Below the pieces are notes generated by a model that saw only the letters and a list, made by a program, of their open reading frames with translations, did no database searches and was not told the origin of the DNA. Positions 46,635 to 55,183 of a stretch of 64,000 bases of DNA are shown here, in pieces (position 1 is the first letter of the stretch; each line of letters opens with the position of its first letter). The position numbers and the translations under genes were made by a program. The DNA lies in NCBI GenBank assembly GCA_965247095.1, contig OZ251997.1, positions 3,648,001 to 3,712,000 of the forward strand. Reading direction: 5' to 3'. Source of the stretch: Candidatus Multivorans sp. (GTDB taxonomy: Bacteria; Acidobacteriota; Thermoanaerobaculia; Multivoradales; Multivoraceae).

Positions 46635-47700
46635 AGCGATCGAGAACAGGGTCCGCGAGTGCCTCCGGACGATCACCTTCCCGGGCATGAAGCGCGACAT
46701 CGTCTCATTCGGTTTCGTGCAACGGGTCGGTGTGAGCGGTGGCGACGTGGTGGTCGATCTGCGTGTGCCGACCCGCGACGCCGGCGCCGCCAGGGAAATC
46801 CGGCGCCGCATCGTCGATGCCGTGGGCTCGCTCGACGGCGTATCGAACGTGCAGGTTTCGCTGGAGGTGGCGACAGCTCCCGCTCCGGCGACGGCGCGCG
46901 ACCCGTCCCTCCTGCCGGGAGTCTCCCATGTCGTGGCGGTGGCGAGCGGGAAGGGCGGTGTCGGCAAGTCGACCGTGGCGACGAACCTGAGCGTGGCGAT
47001 GGCGGCCGCCGGGCTGCGGGTCGGGTTGCTCGACGCGGACATCTACGGCCCCTCGATCCCGCTGATGTTTGGCATCAATCGCCGGCCCGAGATCGTGGAC
47101 GGCAAGATCCAGCCCTTCGAGCGCTACGGCGTGCGCATCATGTCGCTCGGCTTCCTCCTCGATCCGGATACGCCGGTGATCTGGCGGGGACCGATGGTGA
47201 TGAAGGCGCTCGGCCAACTGCTGGGCGACGTGGACTGGGGCGAACTCGACTACCTGCTGCTCGACCTGCCTCCCGGCACCGGGGATGCGGCGCTCACCCT
47301 CTCGCAGAAGTTGCCCCTGTCCGGCGCCCTGATCGTCTCGACACCCCAGGACGTGGCCCTGATCGACGCGCGCAAGGGGCTTGCCATGTTCCGCAAGGTC
47401 GAGGTTCCGGTGCTGGGCATGGTCGAGAACATGTCCACCTTCGTCTGCCCCCACTGCGGCGAGACGACGGACATCTTCAAGCGGGGAGGCGTTACGCGCA
47501 CCGCGGAGCTGCTCGACTGCGAAGTCCTGGGGACGATTCCGCTGGACGGCGCGCTGGTGCGGGGCAGCGACGCCGGTGTGCCGATCGTCGTCTCGGCGCC
47601 CGACGGGGCGCAGGCCGGCATCTTCCAGGACATCGCCGGGGCGGTTAAGCGCCGGCTGATGGAACTGGCCTCCTCTCGACCGACGTTGACGATCGTCTAG
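46627..47700 (+). CDS. mrp: Mrp/NBP35 (ApbC) Fe-S carrier ATPase with N-terminal DUF59
   Basis: SGKGGVGKST, DADIYGPS, WRGPM, DLPPGTGD, ENMS..CPHC. Confidence 0.93.
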   Translation: MAEAIENRVRECLRTITFPGMKRDIVSFGFVQRVGVSGGDVVVDLRVPTRDAGAAREIRRRIVDAVGSLDGVSNVQVSLEVATAPAPATARDPSLLPGVSHVVAVASGKGGVGKSTVATNLSVAMAAAGLRVGLLDADIYGPSIPLMFGINRRPEIVDGKIQPFERYGVRIMSLGFLLDPDTPVIWRGPMVMKALGQLLGDVDWGELDYLLLDLPPGTGDAALTLSQKLPLSGALIVSTPQDVALIDARKGLAMFRKVEVPVLGMVENMSTFVCPHCGETTDIFKRGGVTRTAELLDCEVLGTIPLDGALVRGSDAGVPIVVSAPDGAQAGIFQDIAGAVKRRLMELASSRPTLTIV

Positions 47701-47710
47701 AGGTGATCGA

Positions 47711-48388
47711 ATGTCTGTCGTTGTGGTCGCGGATGCTCACCTGGGCGGCCCCGGGGGGAGCGGCGAGGAGCTGGCTGATCAGCTCCGGGCGCTCGAGCCC
47801 GCGCACTGTGCGCGGGTGTTGTTTCTCGGCGACCTGTTCCATCTCTGGATCGGTTCGCGTCGGTTCGAGACCCCGGAGGTGAGGCTGCTTGCGCCCGTGA
47901 TCCGGGATCTGAGGCGGCGCGGAATCCGGGTTTCCTACGTGGAGGGGAACCGGGACTTCTTCCTCGCCGGCGGCGGGTACGACGATCTCTTCGACGACTA
48001 CGGCCTCGAAGCCCGCTTCGAGGCGGGCGGAGCGAGATACCTCGCCGTTCACGGCGACGGGTTGAATCGGCGCGACTGGCGCTACCGCTGCTGGCGCAGG
48101 CTGTCGAAGAACCCGGTCAGCCGGTGGTTGGCTTTCCGACTGCCGTCCGGGCTCAGCCGCCGGCTCGTGACTTCGACAGAGCGGGGACTTTCGGGAACCA
48201 ACCTGGAGCACAAGAAACGGATCCCGGAGGGAGTCATCCGGCGCTACGCCGCCCGCCGTCTCGCTGAGGGCCACGACGTGCTCCTGCTCGGGCACTTCCA
48301 CGCCGCGCGGAGGTGGCTTCTCGCCGACGGCGAGGTGCGGATCGCAAATGCCTGGTTCGACGACAGGGAGTTGCTGTGGCTGGGTTGA
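47711..48388 (+). CDS. lpxH: UDP-2,3-diacylglucosamine hydrolase-like metallophosphoesterase
   Basis: DAHL, GDLF, GNRD, HGD, GHFH. Confidence 0.8.
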   Translation: MSVVVVADAHLGGPGGSGEELADQLRALEPAHCARVLFLGDLFHLWIGSRRFETPEVRLLAPVIRDLRRRGIRVSYVEGNRDFFLAGGGYDDLFDDYGLEARFEAGGARYLAVHGDGLNRRDWRYRCWRRLSKNPVSRWLAFRLPSGLSRRLVTSTERGLSGTNLEHKKRIPEGVIRRYAARRLAEGHDVLLLGHFHAARRWLLADGEVRIANAWFDDRELLWLG

Positions 48389-49701
48389 GTGAGTCCCTGG
48401 CGGACCCCTATCCGGTTCGGCGCGCCGACCGTGTGGGGGGAGTCGTCGAGCCTCCGGGTTCGAAGAGCATTTCGCATCGGGCACTGAACCTGGCGTTGAT
48501 CGGGCAGCGGCCCGCGACGATCGAGAACCTGCTCGAAGCCGAGGACATCGCCGCCTTCTCGGGCGCCCTCGAGCGCATGGGCTGGCGGCTCAGGCGCGTC
48601 TCGGGCACCGAAGTGCGGGTGGAACCGCCGCCAGGCGGCCCACCCGATTCGCCAGTGCGGCTGGACTGCAAGAGAGCGGGTACGCTGCTGCGGTTCCTCG
48701 TCGCGAGCTGCGCGGTGACGCCGGGCGAGTGGATTCTCGACGGGTCGCCGCGGCTGCGTGAACGACCGGTCGGACCGCTGCTCGCCGCTCTTCGCCAACT
48801 CGGCGCGAGCATCGACGAACTCGGCCGGCCCGGCTGCGCGCCGATCAGGATCCATGGCGGCACTCTGGCCGGCGGGCGGGTCGAGATCGATGCTGGGGAG
48901 TCGAGTCAGTACGTGTCCGCGCTGCTCATGGCGGGACTGCGGGCGGAGAGGCCAATCCAACTTCTGGCGCCGTTTCTCGTCTCTAGTCCATATGTGGACA
49001 CAACTCTTCAAGTCATGGCTGATTTCGGTTCTTTCGTAGGGTCCGGCGGCGCCGGCGGGGCGTGCGAATTCCGGATTGAACCTCACCGGCCGGAGGCGTC
49101 GGGCGGCCGCTACCGCGTCGCCGGCGACGACTCCGCGGCTGCCTACCCCGCGGCAGCGGCGGCGCTGTGCGGCGGCCGGGTGCGGCTGCGTGGTCTGGCG
49201 CCGACATCGACCCAGGGCGACCGCGCGTTCCTGGGGCTCCTCGAGCAGATGGGAGCGGTGGTGCGGGTGGCGCGAGGGGAGGTCGAGATCGAGGGCAACG
49301 GCGTCCTGACCGCACTCGACTGCGACCTCTCCGAGATGCCCGACCAGGTACCCACGCTTGCCGCGGTGGCCGCCTTTGCCGACGGCGTGACAGCCATTCG
49401 CAATGTGGCCCACCTGCGGATCAAGGAGAGCGACCGCCTGGCGGCGATCGGAACCGAGTTGCGGCGGGCGGGCGGCTCGGTCGAGGAGCTGCCGGACGGT
49501 CTGCGCATCGAGGGGAATCCCGGTCTGACCGCGGCGCCGGGTTCGCCGCGCGTCTCGATCGATACCTATGACGACCACCGCATCGCGATGAGCATGGCGC
49601 TGGTGGGTCTTCGGCGGGGAGGGCTGTCGATTCGCCGCCCGGCGGTGGTTGCCAAGTCCTACCCCGGCTTCTGGGGCGACCTTGAGGGGATTGCACGATG
49701 A
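48376..49701 (+). CDS. aroA: EPSP synthase
   Basis: PGSKSISHR, RERP, SSQYVSALL, KESDRL, DDHRIAMS, KSYPGF; start GTG 48376 or TTG 48385. Confidence 0.95.
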   Translation: MAGLSESLADPYPVRRADRVGGVVEPPGSKSISHRALNLALIGQRPATIENLLEAEDIAAFSGALERMGWRLRRVSGTEVRVEPPPGGPPDSPVRLDCKRAGTLLRFLVASCAVTPGEWILDGSPRLRERPVGPLLAALRQLGASIDELGRPGCAPIRIHGGTLAGGRVEIDAGESSQYVSALLMAGLRAERPIQLLAPFLVSSPYVDTTLQVMADFGSFVGSGGAGGACEFRIEPHRPEASGGRYRVAGDDSAAAYPAAAAALCGGRVRLRGLAPTSTQGDRAFLGLLEQMGAVVRVARGEVEIEGNGVLTALDCDLSEMPDQVPTLAAVAAFADGVTAIRNVAHLRIKESDRLAAIGTELRRAGGSVEELPDGLRIEGNPGLTAAPGSPRVSIDTYDDHRIAMSMALVGLRRGGLSIRRPAVVAKSYPGFWGDLEGIAR

Positions 49702-52700
49702 CTACGGTGCTGCGTATCCGTCACCAGGCGCTGGAGGCCGTTCCCGAAGATGCCGGTGCCGCGGGTCTTCCCGAGAGCAGCCTGAACGATCGGCAACGGG
49801 CCGGTGTGCTGCTTCAGGGCGCCGCGTTGCTGGCCCATCTGCGAACCGCCGGCTGGCGGTTGCAGTCGTGGACAGGACTTGTCGTCGATTCGCTGGGCGT
49901 GCTCCGGATCGAGCCGGGCATGGTGACGGTGGGGCGAGACGGACGGTCCCCCCAAGCCGTATTGAGACGGTTTGCCTCGTTGTTGTTCGGGGGTGAGGAG
50001 ATGGTCGGCCGGAGCGCCGTACGGGCGGCGCTTCGCCCTGTGGTCGCGAGTTGGAGCGACCTCCTTCTGCCCTTCCCGGCGGACCGACTGATCGCGGACA
50101 TTCTGGATCACGCCCCCTTTTTGTGGGGAGGCGAGTACCGGGCCGCGAGGGTGTCTCTGTTTGCCGTGCACGAACGCGAAGAAGGCGAAGAGGTGGTGGT
50201 CGTTGGTCATTCCCGGTGGCGGCGCTCGCTGCTGCGGGCCGCCGGCACCGATCCGGAGCGCCTCTCGACCACGACGGAGCGCATCTCGACCATTCTCGGC
50301 AGCGACGAGGCTCTGGAGCACTGGCTTGGCGACAACGCTTCGGGTGGGCCGATCGACTGGATTGCCCGGGGAGATTGGCGACGTGCGGTGGACGAGTCCC
50401 TGCGAGAGCCGCCCACCGATCCGGGGGAGCGGAGCGCGGTGGCGCGGGCACTCCTCGCCAGTGGCCGGTTCGAGGCCGCCCTGGCGCTGATCGCGCCTTC
50501 CCGCCGAACCGAAGACATCCTGATCCGGCTCGAGGGTCTGGTGAGGATGGGCCGGATGGCGGCTGCGCGCCGCACTCTCACCGTGCTCGAGAAGCGCCGT
50601 CTCGGCGGTGCGGCGAAGCTCGCAGCGTGCGAGGAAGCGATCAGGATCCATGGGGCTGCGGGCCACTCGGCGAGGCTCAGAACCTGGGCGGAGCGGGCCC
50701 TCGAGGCCGCGGTCGGTCCGCTTGCCGGTCGGGGGCGTGCTCTCGCCTTCCTGGCGATGCGCGAGGTCGGCGCGACCGGCGAAACGGCTTCTCCGCTCGA
50801 CCCGGAGAAAGAACCCGAAGACTGGATGTCGTGCCTGGCCCGAGCCCGTCTCGCGGTGGACCGCGGCCTCTTCACAGAGGCCGATCAGGCCTTGGCGATG
50901 GCGCTGAGGCAGTTCCGGAGACACCTGCCGATCTACGACCGCGCCAGCCTCTGGAACGAGTTGGCGACGCTTCGACTCTCAGTGGACGACTGCACTGGCG
51001 CCGAGCGGGCGGCACGCGTCTCCGTCCGGCTCTTCCGGTGTTGCGATGGACCCGCTGGAAGGACTGGGGCGCATGGCAATCTCGCGGGGGCTCGGATTCG
51101 TACCGGCCGCCTGACCGGCATCCGCAAGACGATCGACAACCTGCGCTGCGAGAGCCTGATGGCCGGGAGCGTCGCCGGGATCGTGGAAGCGCGGCAACTC
51201 GAAGCGCGTCTGGACCTGGCGCAGGGTCGTTGGAGCTCGGCCCTGGAATCCTGCAGGTCAGCCCTGGACGAGTTGCGGAAACGGCAGTTGGGAGGGGGCC
51301 GGCTGCGGGCCCTTCGCCTGCTGGCGGCCCGCGCCCTGGTTCACCTCGGTCGCCGCGAGGAGGCGAGAGAGGAGCTCTTGGCAGTGCTCCCGCTGACGGC
51401 CGCAGACCGCCTGGGCGGCGCACGGGCTGGAAGCGACGTTCTGCCCGCTGTCTTTCTTCTTGCCGGGCTTGGGGAGGAGGCGCGCGTCGTTGGGGCGGGC
51501 GCCGCCTGTGCCGGGCTGTGGGAGGCGGTCAGCGAGAACCGGGCCCCGAGCAGCGCGGATTGGCGGCGGCTCGAAGAGCAGGGGGCCTACCGCTCGGCAC
51601 TGACGATCCACGATCTGGTCTGTCTTGGGGTCGAGGAAGTGCCGTCCAGGTTGCTCGAATCGGCAGTGGGAACCCTGTCCGAAGTAGGCGCCGAGGCGCT
51701 CGCGCAGCGCGTGGACGCCGCCCGGCTGGGCCCTTGGAGAGCTCTTCGCGCCTTCCTGGACGGGGAAGAGTTCGACTCGGTCACGTTTCATTCGTTGCTG
51801 TCGTCCGCCGGTCATCCCGAGGCACGCATCATGGTCCACGAGTCTCTCGACGTGGGAGGGCAGGACGAACCCAAGGAAGTCCTGTTGGAGGGACCCGGCG
51901 GCTCTGAGCAGTTCTCGGTCCGCGTGCCCGCTGGCAGCCTGGTACTCAGTGCGGACCGTATCGAGGAGCCGGCAAGGGCCCTGTTGACCGTGATCGCGGG
52001 TCGAGCGTCTGCGGCATTCGGTCGTCGCCGCTACGATCTGGAGTTGGCCGAGGCGAGAAAGTCGACCTTGGCCGGCATGGTGGGTCGGAGCAAGGCGCTG
52101 GTGGCGGCCCAGAAGCGCGTCGAGAAACTGGCATCGCACGATCTGCCGGTGTTGATTCTGGGTGAGTCGGGTACGGGCAAGGAACTGCTGGCGCGGCAGC
52201 TTCACGATTCGAGCGCACGCGCGTCGGGGCCCTGGCTGGCGGTGAACTGCGCTGCTCTTCCTGAGGGGCTCCTCGTGTCCGATCTGTTCGGTCATAGTCA
52301 AGGTTCGTTCACCGGCGCCGACCGCGACCGGATAGGCCTGTTCGAGAGCGGTGATGGCGGTACGGTCTTTCTCGATGAGATTGCGGAACTGCCGTTGGTG
52401 GCCCAGGGAATGCTCCTGCGCATCCTGCAGGAAGGCGAGATGCGCCGGGTCGGTGAGAGCCGTTCGCGTCATCTGGACTTTCGTCTCGTTTCGGCAACCC
52501 ATCGCGATCTTTCGGCCATGGTCGAGGCCGGCCGGTTTAGAGAGGATCTCTATTACCGGCTTCGGGTGGCGAATGTCGAAGCGCCGGCACTCCGGGATCG
52601 CGATGACGACGTGATGTTGCTGGCGCACCACTTTCTCGGAATGTTCTCGGGTGACCGGGAAAGTCTGCGATTCAGCGGGCACGCCCGCAGAAGGATTCTG

Positions 52701-52994
52701 GAGTATCCGTGGCCCGGGAATATCAGAGAGCTTAGGAACGTGATCGAGAGCGCGGCGGCGCTCACGGAAAGCCCGGAGATTACGGTTGAGATGCTGGGAC
52801 TTCCGAATGAGCCGCGTCGTCCATCCCAGGCGGGGGTGGCCAGCTATCACCGGAAGCTCGAACAGTACCGGCGCGGTTTGATCCGCAAGGCGCTTGCGGA
52901 GGCCGGTGGGAATCAGGCGCGTGCAGCGCGCGCTCTCGGTCTGAGTCGACAGGCATTGTCCTACCTGGTGAGAAAACTGAACTACGCTCCCTGA
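49698..52994 (+). CDS. Large sigma54-dependent enhancer-binding protein (TPR-like N-terminal region, AAA+, Fis HTH)
   Basis: GESGTGKEL, VNCAAL, GSFTGA, FLDEI, FREDLYYRL, WPGNIREL, GNQARAARALG; ~780-aa helical N-terminus; ATGA overlap with aroA. Confidence 0.9.
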   Translation: MTTVLRIRHQALEAVPEDAGAAGLPESSLNDRQRAGVLLQGAALLAHLRTAGWRLQSWTGLVVDSLGVLRIEPGMVTVGRDGRSPQAVLRRFASLLFGGEEMVGRSAVRAALRPVVASWSDLLLPFPADRLIADILDHAPFLWGGEYRAARVSLFAVHEREEGEEVVVVGHSRWRRSLLRAAGTDPERLSTTTERISTILGSDEALEHWLGDNASGGPIDWIARGDWRRAVDESLREPPTDPGERSAVARALLASGRFEAALALIAPSRRTEDILIRLEGLVRMGRMAAARRTLTVLEKRRLGGAAKLAACEEAIRIHGAAGHSARLRTWAERALEAAVGPLAGRGRALAFLAMREVGATGETASPLDPEKEPEDWMSCLARARLAVDRGLFTEADQALAMALRQFRRHLPIYDRASLWNELATLRLSVDDCTGAERAARVSVRLFRCCDGPAGRTGAHGNLAGARIRTGRLTGIRKTIDNLRCESLMAGSVAGIVEARQLEARLDLAQGRWSSALESCRSALDELRKRQLGGGRLRALRLLAARALVHLGRREEAREELLAVLPLTAADRLGGARAGSDVLPAVFLLAGLGEEARVVGAGAACAGLWEAVSENRAPSSADWRRLEEQGAYRSALTIHDLVCLGVEEVPSRLLESAVGTLSEVGAEALAQRVDAARLGPWRALRAFLDGEEFDSVTFHSLLSSAGHPEARIMVHESLDVGGQDEPKEVLLEGPGGSEQFSVRVPAGSLVLSADRIEEPARALLTVIAGRASAAFGRRRYDLELAEARKSTLAGMVGRSKALVAAQKRVEKLASHDLPVLILGESGTGKELLARQLHDSSARASGPWLAVNCAALPEGLLVSDLFGHSQGSFTGADRDRIGLFESGDGGTVFLDEIAELPLVAQGMLLRILQEGEMRRVGESRSRHLDFRLVSATHRDLSAMVEAGRFREDLYYRLRVANVEAPALRDRDDDVMLLAHHFLGMFSGDRESLRFSGHARRRILEYPWPGNIRELRNVIESAAALTESPEITVEMLGLPNEPRRPSQAGVASYHRKLEQYRRGLIRKALAEAGGNQARAARALGLSRQALSYLVRKLNYAP

Positions 52995-53086
52995 TCTGAC
53001 CCTGTTTGCCTAGCTCGGTTCCCACGCCGATGCCTCTGCCTGCTCCCTTGGCGAGCTAGTCCGGACAGGGAATTGTGTATGCGACT

Positions 53087-53115
53087 CTGGGCCTTGCCGT
53101 GCTTTCTGCTATGGT
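53087..53115 (+). promoter_or_regulatory. Candidate promoter(s) of the triple-HTH gene
   Basis: Extended -10 TGcTATGGT at 53107-53115; also a weaker sigma54-like TGG-N10-GC (CTGGGCCTTGCCGTGCT, 53087-53103). Confidence 0.45.
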
Positions 53116-53191
53116 CCCGACAGAGTTCTCCCGCCGTTCCCATAGAGGGGATAGGGGACACCGAACAAGGCTAACGAAGGGGAGTACCGCG

Positions 53192-54127
53192 GTGAGTGCA
53201 GCTGCTGCTGGAAGAAAGAACCTGTTGACATTGGGTGAGATCGCTCGCCGCACGAGAATCTCGATGGCCACGGCGCAGCGCTACAAGAAGCTGTACCCGG
53301 ATCGCATCCCGTCGGAGGGGGAGGGACGCAAGCAGCGGTACCCGGCCGTCGCCGTCAAGGTCTTCAACGCGTTGAAGAAGGAACGGGTCTCAAAGCGCCG
53401 GGGCGGCGGTCGCAAGCGGAGTCCCAAGAAGCCGGCGAAGGCTGCTGCTACCGGCGCGGCGCTTCTGACTCTTTCGAGTATCGGCGAGCAGACGGGCATC
53501 TCCTATCCGACCTTGCAGCGTTACGTAAAGCTGTTCGGCGATCGGATTCCACATGAGGGCGCCGGTCGCAAGCGTCGCTACCATCCGGACTCGGTCGCCG
53601 TCTTCCGGCAGCTTCGCGCGGAGAGCAAGCCGGGGCGGAAACCCAAGGCAGAGGCCGCCGCCAAGGCGGCCAAGGCCCCGGCAAGAAAGAAGCGGAAGGC
53701 GCGCGCCAAGGCCGCTCCTCGGAGTGCTCCTGGTCCGAAGCTGCTGACGTTGACCGCGATCGGCCAGCAGACGGGGATCTCCAGCCCGACCCTGCAGCGC
53801 TATGTGAAGTTGCACGGTGACCGGATTCCACACGAGGGCCAAGGCCGGAAGCGGCGGTACCACCCGGAAGCGGTGGCGGTCTTCCGTGAGATCCGGTCCA
53901 AGAGCAAACGGGGCCGGAAACCGAAGGCCAAGGTCGAGGTTGCTGCGCCCCAGAAGGCCGCTGTTCCGGCAAGGAAGCGGAAGGTGCGGGCCGCCAAGGT
54001 TCGACGGAAGGCCGCTCCCGTCGCGGCTCAGGGTGGCGTTGAGGCTCGTTTGGCTGCGCTTGAGGCCCAGGTGAGTCAGGTGCTGAAGAAGCTGGAGCAA
54101 CCGATCACGATCACGCTCAAGCGTTAA
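53192..54127 (+). CDS. Basic DNA-binding protein: three tandem MerR/Xis-like HTH domains, K/A-rich linkers, C-terminal coiled coil
   Basis: Repeat LLTLxxIxxxTxISxxTxQRYxKLxxDRIPxEGxGRKxRY at 53222, 53462 and 53741; GTG start after AAGGGGAG. Confidence 0.85.
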   Translation: MSAAAAGRKNLLTLGEIARRTRISMATAQRYKKLYPDRIPSEGEGRKQRYPAVAVKVFNALKKERVSKRRGGGRKRSPKKPAKAAATGAALLTLSSIGEQTGISYPTLQRYVKLFGDRIPHEGAGRKRRYHPDSVAVFRQLRAESKPGRKPKAEAAAKAAKAPARKKRKARAKAAPRSAPGPKLLTLTAIGQQTGISSPTLQRYVKLHGDRIPHEGQGRKRRYHPEAVAVFREIRSKSKRGRKPKAKVEVAAPQKAAVPARKRKVRAAKVRRKAAPVAAQGGVEARLAALEAQVSQVLKKLEQPITITLKR

Positions 54128-54193
54128 GCCATGAAGCGCCCGCACCGGGCTCAAGTGGCGCCATGTGATCTCTAGTCGGCGCCCGTGCCGACC

Positions 54194-55183
54194 TCAGGCC
54201 AGATGATCCCAGCCCTCCGCGGATAGGGGTTCGAGGATTCCGTCGCTTCGCAACAGGCTCATGCCTGGTTGGCTGGTGACGCGGCCGATTCGTCGGCATC
54301 CGGGATGGTTGAAGTGCGCCTTGGGTGGCAGCGTGAACAGGAGTACGTAGTCCTCGCCGCCGCCCAGGATCAGGTGGAGTGGATCGAGACCCAGGTAGCC
54401 GGCCAGACGGCGGGCGTCCGGGCGGAGGGCGATCGCCTCCTCGTGGAGTACGCAGCCGGCGCCGCTGGCGCGGCAGAGGCGCCCGGCGTCGACCGCCAGA
54501 CCGTCTGAGATGTCGATAGCCGCTCCCGGTGGGCGTCGCTTCCCGAGGATCAGTCCGAGTTCGAGCTGCGGTCGAGGTTCGAGGTGCCGGCGCACGACCC
54601 GGCTCGCGGCGCGTGCCAGGTCAGGTGGCAGTTCGTCGGGCAGCCTCGGTTTGCGCCCGACGATCCGGGCGCCCGACCGGACCAGATCAAGTCCCAGCGC
54701 GGACTCGCCGACCGCACCGCCGAGCCAGAGGTCGTCGCCCTGACGGGCGGCGCTGCGAGCCAGCGGAATGCTGCCTGCCGGTACTTCCCCGATCACGGTC
54801 AGGCCGGCGTCGAGGTGGCCTGGCGTCGAACAGCGGGCGGTATCGCCGCCGATCAGCTCGATTCCGTAGCGCCGGCTGCGATGAACCAGAGCGGCCAGGA
54901 AGCGTCGCGCGGTCTTCTCGTCGTCGACGCCGAGTGCCAAGAGGGCCCAGCGCGGTTCGGCGCCCGTGGCGGCGAGGTCGGAGAGGCTGACCGCAAGCAG
55001 CCGCCGCGCGGCGGCCGCCGGATCGAGATCGATTGGAATGTGGACGTTCGCACGCTGGGTATCGACGCTGAATGCGAGCTGCCGGCCGCCGAACTCGAGC
55101 AGGGCCGCGTCGTCGCCGATCCGATCTCCCGAGCCCGCGAGGTTCGCGAGCCAGGCGGTCAGCCGGTCTTCGCCGCCGGCCAT
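54194..55183 (-). CDS. thiL: Thiamine-monophosphate kinase
   Basis: IGDDAA, SLSDLAATGAEP, IGGDT, IDISDGL, GGEDYVLLFT, GWDH. Confidence 0.93.
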   Translation of the reverse strand: MAGGEDRLTAWLANLAGSGDRIGDDAALLEFGGRQLAFSVDTQRANVHIPIDLDPAAAARRLLAVSLSDLAATGAEPRWALLALGVDDEKTARRFLAALVHRSRRYGIELIGGDTARCSTPGHLDAGLTVIGEVPAGSIPLARSAARQGDDLWLGGAVGESALGLDLVRSGARIVGRKPRLPDELPPDLARAASRVVRRHLEPRPQLELGLILGKRRPPGAAIDISDGLAVDAGRLCRASGAGCVLHEEAIALRPDARRLAGYLGLDPLHLILGGGEDYVLLFTLPPKAHFNHPGCRRIGRVTSQPGMSLLRSDGILEPLSAEGWDHLA

